From: Eledone cirrhosa
Lineage: Eukaryota
Direction of reading: 5' to 3'
Assembly: GCA_964016885.1 (NCBI GenBank)
Contig: OZ024741.1
Coordinates: forward strand, 396,614,001 to 396,678,000
Length of the DNA stretch: 64,000 bases
Positions 54,149 to 64,000 of the stretch are shown in pieces. The notes below the pieces were generated by a model. The model ran no database searches. It had not been told where the DNA came from and worked only from the letters and a program-made list of their open reading frames with translations. A program made the position numbers and the translations under genes. Every line of letters starts with the position of its first letter. The first letter of the stretch is position 1.

Positions 54149-57100
54149 GGGTCTATCGCATTTTTTTACTGTGGGTTTCGTTGTTGTGGTTGGCAGTACT
54201 TTGGCATGTGTTAAGATGTTTTTCATTGACTTGGATTGTCTTTTGCTCTTTATGATATCGTGTGTTCGTAGAATTTGGTTCATTCTATGGTCCTTTTTCA
54301 ATACAGGGATGTTCTGGAGGATGGTGTCAAAGGCCTCATTGTTGAGGGGGTTGTGTGTGGAGATGTATGGAAGAGCTTTTAGTTTTGGTTGATTTACTTT
54401 AGGGTGTCTAAGGTCCTGGGTACTGAGTTTTAGGGCACGTTGGATTCCATTGTCAATTAGTGATGCAGGGTAGTCCCTGCCTATGAGTGTGTCCTTTAGT
54501 TCTTGTAGCCGTAAGTAGCAGATGTTTTTATTCGAGACTATAGTACAGATTCTCTTGGCTAAGTTGTAGGGAATAATAATTTTAACGTGTCTAGGGTGGC
54601 AAGAGTTGAAGGGGAGGTATTGCTTGGAGTCTGTGGGCTTGTAGTATATGTCTGTTTCTATTTTTTTGTTATGGATCTTAATGAGGATGTCGAGGAAGGG
54701 GAGTTGTTGATGGCTGTATTCCATCGTGAAGTTAATATTTGTGTTGAGCCCATTTATAAGGGTGTGAAATTCTTTAAGTTTTTCGATGTTTTCGTGCCAA
54801 AGGATGAAGCAGTCATCCAGATATCGCTTCCAGTTCCTTTCAATGTGTAAGTGGAGGGTGTTTCCAAATTTGTTTAGGACTTTAGTGTAGAGGGTGATTT
54901 CCAGGTATCCCATGACTAGGTTGGCATAAGTAGGGGCTGTTTTCGTTCCCATAGCGGTCCCAGATTTCTGCCTGTAGAGTTTGTTATTGAAAACGAAGTA
55001 ATTGTTCTCCAAGATAAATTTGAGTCCCTCTATCACGAATTCTTTTTTGATGCGTTGTGGGAGTTCATTGTGGAAATTATCCAGCCAGAATTGGATAGCT
55101 TCTATTCCTAGATTGTGGGGGATGTTGGAGTATAGGTTGACTACATCGAACGTCACTAGTAGGGTTTGTTCAGAAAGTGGCATATTAGGGAGGTGATTGA
55201 GCATATCTAGGTCGTCCCTTATATAGATTTTGATGTGCTTGAGGAAGGGTTTGAGAAGGGTATCAATGAAGTTGCTAAGACGGTGCGTTTCGCAAGCGGG
55301 GCCTGCTATTATAGGTCTTAATTTGAGATCATTGGGTGAGGGGACATTGATGACTATGTCTGTGGCTTCCTTGCATGCCTTACTGATTGATTCGCTTTTA
55401 TGTACTTTAGGGATACCGTAGAAAAGGCTGGATTTACTTGTGAAGTCTGTGATGAAGCTGAATTCCTTGTTAGTGAGTCCTTCTTTGTATTGGTTGATTA
55501 GAGTTTTTAGGTTTCTCATAATTTTCTGTTGATTGTAGTGTTCAGCCTTTTCGTAGTATGTTTCGTTTTCCAAAGTGGAGAGCGCTAAGTTGATATAGAA
55601 TTCTGTCTCCATTAGGACTACTGTACTCCCTTTATCAGCCTCTTTAATTGTAATGGTTCTGTCGGTTTTTAATCTATTTAATTCTTCCCATTCTTTCTTG
55701 TTGAGGTTTGGCTTGTGTTTTTTGTCTGTGCAAGTGTTGGTAAGGGAAGTTTGTGATGTGTTCACAGAATTCGTCCAGGATTTTATTTCTACCTTTTGAA
55801 GGGGTGTACTTGCTTCTATTTCTGGCTAATGATTCATCCTCATTGTACTGGTCGAATAGTTGTTCACTAAGTCGTAACTTTCTACAGAAGTCTGTGATGT
55901 CTTCCTTCATTTCATAGTAGTTAGGACGTAGTGGGGTCGGTGTGAATTTAAGACCTTTGGAGAGTAAGTTGATAAGGTCGGGTGTTGGTTGTGCACTAGT
56001 AAGATTGATAATTTTTATTACTATCGGTTTCTCCTCCCTGTCTTGTGTTATTTTGTTTGCCTGTATCTGTGTGCTGTGTCTAAAAAATGGTTGGGGTAGA
56101 GGGGTTGTCTGCTGATGTTAAGTGGTCTCCTGTGTTTGTTATATTCCTTGTTGTTGTAAAATGTGGTTCGGGTTGGTGGTTGTAGATTGAATGGGGTGTT
56201 ACTGTACTGCGAGTATGGGTGTGTGTTTCTATGTGCCATGTTGTATTGTGGTGTTATAAGTGGCCTACGTTGTTGGTTGTATCGTGTGGTGTGGGTTTGT
56301 TGTGTATTGTGGAAGTGAGAGTTGAGAAAATGGTAATTACCTTGCTGTCCCCTTGAAGCGGAGAAGTTGTTGCATCTATCATGGCGGTGGTATCTTTTCC
56401 CTATGTTTGACGATGAGGAATCCGCGTAGTAGTTGAGTGATTTGGTATGGTGTCTACTTGAAGGGGGAAAGTTGTAAATGTCATTTTGGGGGAGATGATT
56501 TCTTGGGTTTTTGTTCCTTCTTATGGTAGCGAGGTTGGGAAGTTCATCTTCGGTGTGGTGCTTCCTTCTTCGTTTGTTTGAGGCTTGGGGGTTTGAGAAG
56601 TTGTTGTGCGGTTCAGTTATGGGTTTTCCTATTTTTATGAACGGGTTATTGGAGGTGTAATCCGTTTGAAAAGTCGATTCATAGTGTAGGAACCAAGCGG
56701 CACTTTTTTCTCAGCGTTGAAGGGATTTCAGTTCTTCTCTGTTGCAGTCCCCTTTCCATAATTTGGAGATCTTCTCTACCTTGGGGCCTTCAGTTTTGTT
56801 GTTGATTTCCAGGAGGATCTCTTCATCGATGGTTTTGATTTTTTCCTCATTTGTCTGGGCCCTCAGTTTAAGAAGTTCAATTTCTGTCTTCATTTTTTCC
56901 AATGCCATTCTTTCCCTAAGGTGTCTTTGAGGTTCGGGTTCATTTGGAATGGACTTTATTTGTAGTTTACGGGGGAGAGTTAGAGGGGTTGAGTTAAGCC
57001 ATTTTTCATATATCTCTGCTTTGTTGTGATTTTGTATCATCTTCCAGAATGAGAACTTTCTGTCTCTGAGGGATTTGTTCCATTTTGGAATTGTTCGAAT

Positions 57101-57430
57101 TTTCATTTTGTGTGAATCAATCTCACATGGTTCTTCGTTGGTTTTTCCTGGGTTGGTAGTAGTGAACATAGTTTGGATAGTATCGCAAAGGTTTTGGAGT
57201 TTGTCGCCAATTTCGGAGGGTTTGTATCCGGTGGCGGTTTCCTTATTTGTGGAGTCAAGTTTGTCGACCAGCAAAGATAGGTTGGTGTTGATTTTCTTGA
57301 GTTCCTGTAGGATCTCTTCATTTGAGTTGATGAGGGTTGTATCCGTTTTTGTTGGCATTTTCTGTATCTCGTGTGAGGATATGATAGTTAAAAGAATAGA
57401 GGTGTAACACACAAGTTATTATATATTGGT
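54143..57430 (-). mobile_element. Neptune-like Penelope retroelement: ORF1 plus RT, GIY-YIG domain lost
   Basis: LSKGLKFTPTP, ADKG, YGIPKVHK, LRPII, FDVVNLYSNI, GTAMG, RYLDD, LPFLD, SCHP; truncated at the Cys-linker start (KCDRP); frameshift near 55720. Confidence 0.9.
56048..57358 (-). pseudogene. ORF1 of the Penelope element, ~436 aa, coiled-coil N-half and low-complexity N/H/R/Q/Y-rich C-half, one in-frame TGA
   Basis: Track ORFs 56711..57412 and 56048..56239 share a frame; manual reading between them found no stop other than TGA at 56711-56713 (LQR*EKSAAWF, probably from TGG). Confidence 0.75.
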
Positions 57431-58250
57431 AAATAAAAACAGTCTTGGCGCAAAATCAACTTTTTACATTCACATGACCTCTACCGACCAATCAAAATTG
57501 TTTTGACCACAAGCATTTTTGCAACACAAAAATAACGCTGGAGCCACTTTTTTAACATAAAAACAGGTAGAATTCCCAAAACTAATCAGATCAGAGCAAA
57601 CAGCACGGACACTCTATCTCAAAATTATTTTTGAAAAGCATTTAGAAATGCGCAACCGGTAAAAACTTAAAAACTTAAAACCACAACTGAATACTAACCC
57701 ATACAATCACTAATACTCTTTTATTCCTAATTAAACCATTTTTCAACTGTGAACAATTTGTCAGCATTTTCTATTCCGTTTACCAATATATATATATATA
57801 TATACACAACTGAATCATTCGCTTAATAGAGGTGTTACCTCCCTTGCTGAATCCCACGAGGGGTCAGTAATAGCTACACTATCTATAGCATATTGGAGCA
57901 AAACCCGTTGAAAACACGACTGCCTTGTTCATCATCTCACCAGAAGCCCAACATTCTTTATGTAGGCGGACAGTACCTGATTTGGAGTCGCAGAAACCAA
58001 TACTGGATTTTACCATCAGTCCAGGGTCCGGGAAAGTATCAACACATATATTTTTATTGTTTGACCCGAATTACTTGGTCGTTTTGATTTTGGCTGTGCG
58101 GATGATATGTTTAACCATCATCTCAGTGTGTTTGGCCCTTAACGTATGTTGTAGCTCTGATTCATATGATTCATCGAGCGCTTGCCACACATATCGGACG
58201 TTGATTTTCGTTAATTCCTGAGCTGAAAACGATTCTCGCTAATTTATATT

Positions 58251-58325
<75 letters not shown>

Positions 58326-58491
58326 ATATATGTGTGTATGTATATGTGTGTGTGTGTTTATGTGTGCATGTGTGTTTATCTACTTTTATATCTATTCTTT
58401 TTCCTTTCCTTCTTCCTTTTTTCCAGCCCTACTTTCATATAGATTATATTTTTGTTTTTAAAATCCACTGTCAATAAATACACCAGGATTT

Positions 58492-58552
58492 TTTCATTCT
58501 GATGACTGAAAGCAAATTTTTTTTGCTTTCAAGAAACCACTGGTAAATGAAA
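58492..58552 (+). ncRNA. Minimal type I hammerhead ribozyme (Penelope pLTR type)
   Basis: Stem I TTTCATT/AATGAAA; CTGATGA at 58499-58505; stem II TGAAAGCAAA/TTTGCTTTCA; GAAA; stem III ACC-act-GGT; GUA cleavage triplet. Confidence 0.75.
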
Positions 58553-58703
58553 TAATTATTCTTATGTTGTTTATTACATAACTATATATATATATATATA
58601 TTAAAGTATAGAAATTATTGTGAGCGTGAAGTCAACAGTATTTCATAATATATATTTCGTTTCTGAATTTGTTTAGGAAGATTATTTATCTGAAAACGTG
58701 CAT

Positions 58704-58769
<66 letters not shown>

Positions 58770-58786
<17 letters not shown>

Positions 58787-58900
58787 TGATGTTGTCTGTG
58801 TGTGTGTGTCCTCATTTTTGCAAAGTCTATACAAATCCACATTTCTACTCCGATTGACTTCAAATTACATTTATATATTCCTTGCGGTCTAAAGATATTA
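58770..58900 (+). mobile_element. Possible Helitron 5'-end fragment
   Basis: TATATATAAAACTGA...(TG)n...CCGATTGACTTCAAATT, sharing its start motif with 59235. Confidence 0.4.
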
Positions 58901-59234
58901 ACTGCAGCTTTTATTTTTCAATTTTCTGTTGTTAAAGGGGTGTTAGGCGCCGGTTATCCATCTCCCTCGTGCTCTTATAATATCTGTCTGTATCCCTGGC
59001 TGTCTGCATTACGACATTCTGACGAACATTGATGACGTATTATGTTCGCTATTATCCGTTCATTGCCAAGGAACGTCTTCACGAACCAAAGTATCGTCTT
59101 CCTGTTTTCCTTCGGTTGCAACGTTTTTCGAAATATTTACTTCTACGTTCACAGACTCATTTTTGTAGTTTCAGAAGATCCCTTTAAGGGTGAAAGCAAC
59201 GATTCTTTGCTTAAACTTTAATCTGTTATTTTAA

Positions 59235-62200
59235 TCTATATATGTATATATATAAAACTGAGGAAGGATGTATGTATGTATGTTCTTCTGGTTTTATAAT
59301 TTCACAAAGTTTTACCAATAGAGAGAGAGTCGGTTTCTAACATAGACACAAGACTCTCTCATTGGAATTTACACAACATCAACTAGGTAGATATGTATGT
59401 ATGCATGCATGTGTAGATATGGATGTTATTGTATGTGTGGATGTGGATCTTTTGAGTTGTATGTGTGCATGTATATATGCTTTGCATCTGTACGTGTGTA
59501 TATGCAGTTATTAGGTGCAAAGTTTTTGGAATGTTTTACATATTTTTACTATTCCATTAATGGATTGTACTTGTAATTTCCTAACTAGTTGTGTTCTTTC
59601 TGTTCCTGTGAAGCCTAGCTTCTCGAGATTTGTATTGAGGCAGTTACTAACATACCCCAGTGCTCCAATAATCACAGGCATCTGAAGGTGTAATCAGGGT
59701 GGAGTATCTGCAGATTTCTCATCAGTTCTGCATAAATATTCTCCTTTTCACTAATCTTTGATATTTTATTGGCATCGGCTGGGCAGCTAATTTCCACTAC
59801 TGTGCATGTTTTCTTCTCCCTGTCCCATATCGTAATATCTGGTCTGTTATGCCTGCATTTTATTGGGGTTTTTACTGGAACATTCCACCAGTACTCTTTC
59901 ATATTATGTACATGGATGTCTTCCACATTGCTGCAGCTTTTAATGTGTTTATTATCGGGGCTATCTTTTTTACGAACTGCATTGTACAGTGTTTTGGCCA
60001 CTACATCATGCCTCATAGGTAGATAGTACCGCGATGACATCTTTGGACAGCTGCTGATGACATGGGTGATATCCTCGATGTTAGTTCTGCAGAGTCTGCA
60101 CTTGTTATCACATCTAGGTGTTTTGCCTGCATCCCTATCTCTTTTGTGAATCAGGTATTTCGTGTTAATCTCCTGTTCTTGGATTGCAAAAGCGTATCCT
60201 TCAAAGTGGGAGCCAATATAGCGGTTGTTGGTCCAAGATAGACTACTTTCCTTATCTATATTACTCTCACTCTGAAGCTTCCTGGCAACATATACATGCA
60301 TGATTTTTTGCTGATAAGCATGCAGTTTTTCATCCATGGATTCACTGCAATACTGCTGAGCGAAATCCCTTCGTGTGAGTTTTTGATTATCACGCAGGGA
60401 ATATCTCTCGAGGAGTTCCTTCCCAACTCTCATGATCTTATCTGTTTCATGCAGGTAGACTTGCTCGAGAAACGGGCTCCTACGCTTCGAGGTTCGTAGA
60501 TGTCGGAGCGATATGATGTGACATTCAAATGTTGTCTGAACTGATGTTAGGCCTCTGCCTCCCTGCTTACGTTTCAAGTAAAGGCGGTCTATGTCACTGT
60601 TGATGTGGAAGTTTCCGGTGTTGTTTAGTATTTTTCGAGTTCCAACATCAACTGCTCGGATTTCGTCTATCGTCCAATTCAGTATTCCAAACGTTGGTGT
60701 TAGGACAGGCACAGCAAACACATTGTGAGCCACTGTTTTGTTTTGCGCAGAGAGTTCCGATGACCATATCTTTCTTAATCGGGTGTAGTATTCCCTGGTT
60801 ACGCGTTCTTTATTACAGATACCATTATAGGATGTTCTCATCTATCCCCAGGTATCTGTAGCAGTCCTCATCAGATATCGGTGAAACAGTTAGGCCATTG
60901 ATGACAATGTTGCTAGATTGGGTTGTTGTTTTTCTCCGTTTTACAGTCATGTATGAGCATTTATCTTGGCCAAACTCCATTCCTATATCCTTTGAGAACG
61001 TTGTAACCAGGTCAAGATTGTTCTTCATCCCATCCATGTTCATGGCACAGAGTTTCAGATCGGTCACAAAGAAATTATGGGTTAGGTTCGTATTTCTGTC
61101 TTCCTGTGAGCTAATGATGTATCCCTCACATTTCTTGAGTAGAAAGGACAAGGGGTTTAATGACAAGATGAATAATATCACAGAGAGACTGTCCCCCTGA
61201 AATATACCCCTGCAATATTTTATTTTATCAGTGAAAATAGAGTCCTCCCTCTTTGTCTTTAACCTTAGGATAGTAGCCCAAGAAGAAGACAGCCTCTCTA
61301 TGGCTCTGACAATAATGCCTGGGACTTTAGCAAGTTGGAGGGCCTCTATCATCCAAGAGTGGGGAACAGAATCGAAAGCTTTCCTGTAGTCCAGCCAGAC
61401 TGTAGCCACATTCATCCTAAGTTGTCGCACCTCCGACATCGCAGTTTTGTTGATTAGGAGTTGTTCCCCAAGCCCCTTTCTTTCCAGCTGCTTGTTCAGC
61501 TGTGATGATGTCATTATTTTCACAGTGATCTTGGAGGAATAGGTTCAGCAATCTTTTTTTCTATTTTAGTTATATATGATGGTATTTTTGGTGGTGTTCT
61601 GTTCTTGTTAATATCTCTGCTATCACCAAGATAATGCTTCAATGTTGTTGTTAAGGCATATAAACAGGCGTTGATTTGCCAAAATGTTGGGGTTTTTATC
61701 CGTCGTAAATATTCATCCCCTATTTTGTCATGTATGTATACATGTATGTATGTGTGTATGTGTGTATGTGTGTGTGTGAAACCCAAGAAATACCCAACAA
61801 TCTTTTTCAACTTTACATGTGTATTACTTATATTTCAGGGAGTGTTATGCACATAAAAAATTCGACTTTTTGATCCCCTAGGGCCCGCATTAGGTGAAAA
61901 ACCAGCTTTTTAGGGTTTTTTTGAGGCGTTATGTTAGACCGATTTCATTGAAATTGTAACTAGGTATTAGTTAGTCTCTTCTTCATACCGTGAGCAAAGA
62001 AAATCCAACTTTGTTATGGTCTAAGGCTCGCATTAGGTGAAAAACTTCATTTTTTTTTCAGCTTTTTAGGGCCATTTTGAGGCGTTACGTCTAGCCGATT
62101 TCCCGAAACAACGCATATTATGCACATAAAAAAAATTCATTTTCTTGATCCCTTAGGGCCCGCATTAGGTGAAAACCTGCCTTCTACCTCCTTCACCAAG

Positions 62201-62346
62201 GAAAATCTTAGATTATCCCGCCATCAGAGTATTCGGTTTATTTTCTTTACATATTGTGCAGGCATGCAGTTTTTCCACGATTAGGTCTGTTGGCGGCCCA
62301 CGTTCCAAAATACCTTGTCCCGTGCAACACCGGGTACCACTGCTAG
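59235..62346 (+). mobile_element. Probable non-autonomous Helitron interrupted by a LINE
   Basis: A|TCTATA... 5' end; subterminal CCCG-tgcaacac-CGGG hairpin at 62319-62334 and CTAG|T 3' end; internal repeats GG(C/T)CCGCATTAGGTGAAAA-like x3; (TGTA)n on both sides of the LINE. Confidence 0.65.
59283..61729 (-). mobile_element. R4/Dong-clade REL LINE, 5'-truncated, internally deleted and decayed
   Basis: WLDYRKAFDSVPH, GIFQGDSLS, FVTD (degenerate catalytic motif), FGQDKC, YRYLG; CRLC...HVISSC; RHD; RPD; EISCP; ORF ends KICKTFQKLCT* at 59511; frameshifts at ~60835 and ~59680. Confidence 0.88.
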
Positions 62347-62632
62347 TATATATATATATATTTAATTAGAAATTGAACAACACAAAATATAACTAATCCA
62401 TTACCAAAGGTTTCTGGATCACAGACGATATGTATCATCATCATTGTTTAATGTCCGTCCGTGTGTGTGTGTATATCTTCATTAGTCAGTCAAAGTAGCT
62501 GGTGAATGAATGGAGCTTACTTCATTTTTTCTAGGCATATGCCTATCTTCACTCAAGTAACTTGAAATATTTTATAGTTCACATGACCAACAGAGTGAGA
62601 AGATCAAAGACATACTTTCTTTCTAGTACACA

Positions 62633-63217
62633 GAATTGTTTCTACTTTTGGCACAAGGCCAGCAATTACCCAGTGCATTACTGGTACTTTATTTTATCGA
62701 CCCTGTAAGGATGAAAGGCAAAGTTAACCTTATGACAGGAGACTAGGTTGTATATACAATCTTTATTTAACAAAGTTGAGTTATGTAGAGCAGAATAGTT
62801 GACATGCCAAGAGAGATGAAAGGATGAATTAAAGTTAGTTGTTTACCGTTTTGAAGTCAGCGCGCAAGAGACCAAGAGGTCTTTACATTACCATGTTCAG
62901 GTTGCCAGAGAGTATACCCTCGACGGAACGCGCCTGGCCGAAGGGCCAGGCAGGTTAACAGAGAGGGAGATAGCTTTCAGCTCTCTCCTTTATAGTTCCC
63001 TGGTGACGGAAGTCACAAAGAAGGTTCTGCAACCTCAACGGGAAGTAACTCCAGCTACTTCCTGTCTAGAGAGCGCTACTGGTGATGTGATCGTCATAAC
63101 AAGGGAGACAACTCTTGCTACAACCTCGACAGGATTTGAACTCAGACCGTAAAGGGACGTAACTATGCTGGAAAGCATGGCGTCCGACCCTCTACCGATA
63201 CTGCCAATTCACCGCCC
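62633..63217 (-). mobile_element. Full-length tRNA-derived SINE with 13-bp TSD, split by a solo LTR
   Basis: TSD TTTCTAGTACACA at 62620-62632 and 63218-63230; SINE halves at 62633-62730 and 63123-63217. Confidence 0.93.
62731..63122 (-). mobile_element. Solo LTR (~392 bp), probably Gypsy-type
   Basis: ACCT duplicated on both sides; minus strand begins TGTAGC and ends TCATA; TATAAA at 62989-62994 and AATAAA at 62762-62767 in the correct order. Confidence 0.75.
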
Positions 63218-63302
63218 TTTCTAGTACACATAATGGCCAAATAGTCTAGCTGTCTTATCAAGTGTGTGTATGTTGATGTTCTCTCTCACTGCCCCATCTC
63301 TT

Positions 63303-63540
63303 TCACTCTCCCCATCTCTCAAATGGGAGCTCACTCACGGACAGAATAGAGAAGGTATTTCCCTGGATGATGGTGAAGGAGTTGCATTGGAAGAGCCATT
63401 CCTGCTCAGGAGGCTCACACATGTGGATCGCCAACTCCCCGGCATAAGTAGAGAGGTGATCCTAGAGCCAAGGATAGGAGTAGTCTCTATTGCTATGGTC
63501 TCGTCCACAAACTTGTCGGAGAGCGACCGATATTTGGAGG
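63303..63540 (-). mobile_element. Second, diverged CRE-clade REL C-terminal fragment
   Basis: SKYRSLSDKFVDETIAIETTPILG, then after a frameshift EPPEQEWLFQCNSFTIIQGNTFSIL, paralleling WLFQHLSLTITRGNAASVL. Confidence 0.7.
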
Positions 63541-63584
63541 GTTAACCCTCCAAGAGAAGGAAACTTCCACAAAATCACCTGACA

Positions 63585-64000
63585 TCAACTTCCCGTTGTC
63601 ACTTCCACTCTCCTATCACAACCTATTACAGTACTTACAGTTACCTCCCCTGTCACTTCTACTCTCCTATCACAACCTATTACAGTACATTACAGTTACC
63701 TCCCCTTTCACTTCTACTCTCCTATCACAACCTATTACAGTACATTACAGTTACCACCGCTGTCACTTCTACTTTTCGGTCACAACCTATTACATTATAT
63801 TACAGTTACTTCCCCTGTCACAGCCTATTACATTACAGTTACTTCCACTGAACTTCTACTCTCCTCTCACAACCTATTACATTACAGTTACTTCCCCTGC
63901 CACTTCTACTCTCCTCTCACAACATTACATTACAGTTACTTCCCCTGTCACTTCTACTCTCCTGTCACAACCTATTACATTACAGTTACTTCCCCTGTCA
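63585..64000. repeat. ~55-bp minisatellite, degenerate, open at the right edge
   Basis: CACAACCTATT recurs at 63617, 63671, 63726 and 63781. Confidence 0.92.

Noticed and set aside
56711-56713. In-frame TGA as selenocysteine or programmed readthrough
   Set aside because: The context fits a TGG-to-TGA mutation in a decayed copy, and no SECIS element was identified.
59015-59205. Additional hammerhead-like motifs (CTGACGA at ~59018; CAGAAGA..GAAA at ~59172)
   Set aside because: The first lacks GAAA after the stem, and the second has a broken core with no clear stems I and III.

Overview
Eukaryotic (animal) repeat-dense DNA with no recognisable host gene. The SINE/RTE content suggests a mollusc, probably an octopod cephalopod (inference). 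Positions 1-28.6 kb are a 32-bp satellite with nested higher-order duplications, and 28.7-38.3 kb are an AT-only ~12-bp array carrying three co-amplified SINE copies and an RTE fragment. The rest is nested transposon relics: two CRE-clade REL LINE fragments, RTE fragments, an R4/Dong-like LINE inside a probable Helitron, two Penelope-like elements, a minimal hammerhead ribozyme, a solo LTR inside a SINE, MITEs, and 73-, 11-, 41- and ~55-bp tandem arrays. Main observations: (1) the 73-bp minisatellite is an amplified piece of a CRE retrotransposon ORF, and the 32-bp satellite resembles that element's 3' UTR; (2) a Neptune-like Penelope has an upstream coiled-coil ORF joined to its RT by an in-phase UUUUUUA -1 slippery site; (3) the SINE 3' tail matches a stem-loop in the R4/Dong LINE 3' UTR. 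The long ORFs inside the repeat arrays are artefacts. All counts and alignments were done by eye.
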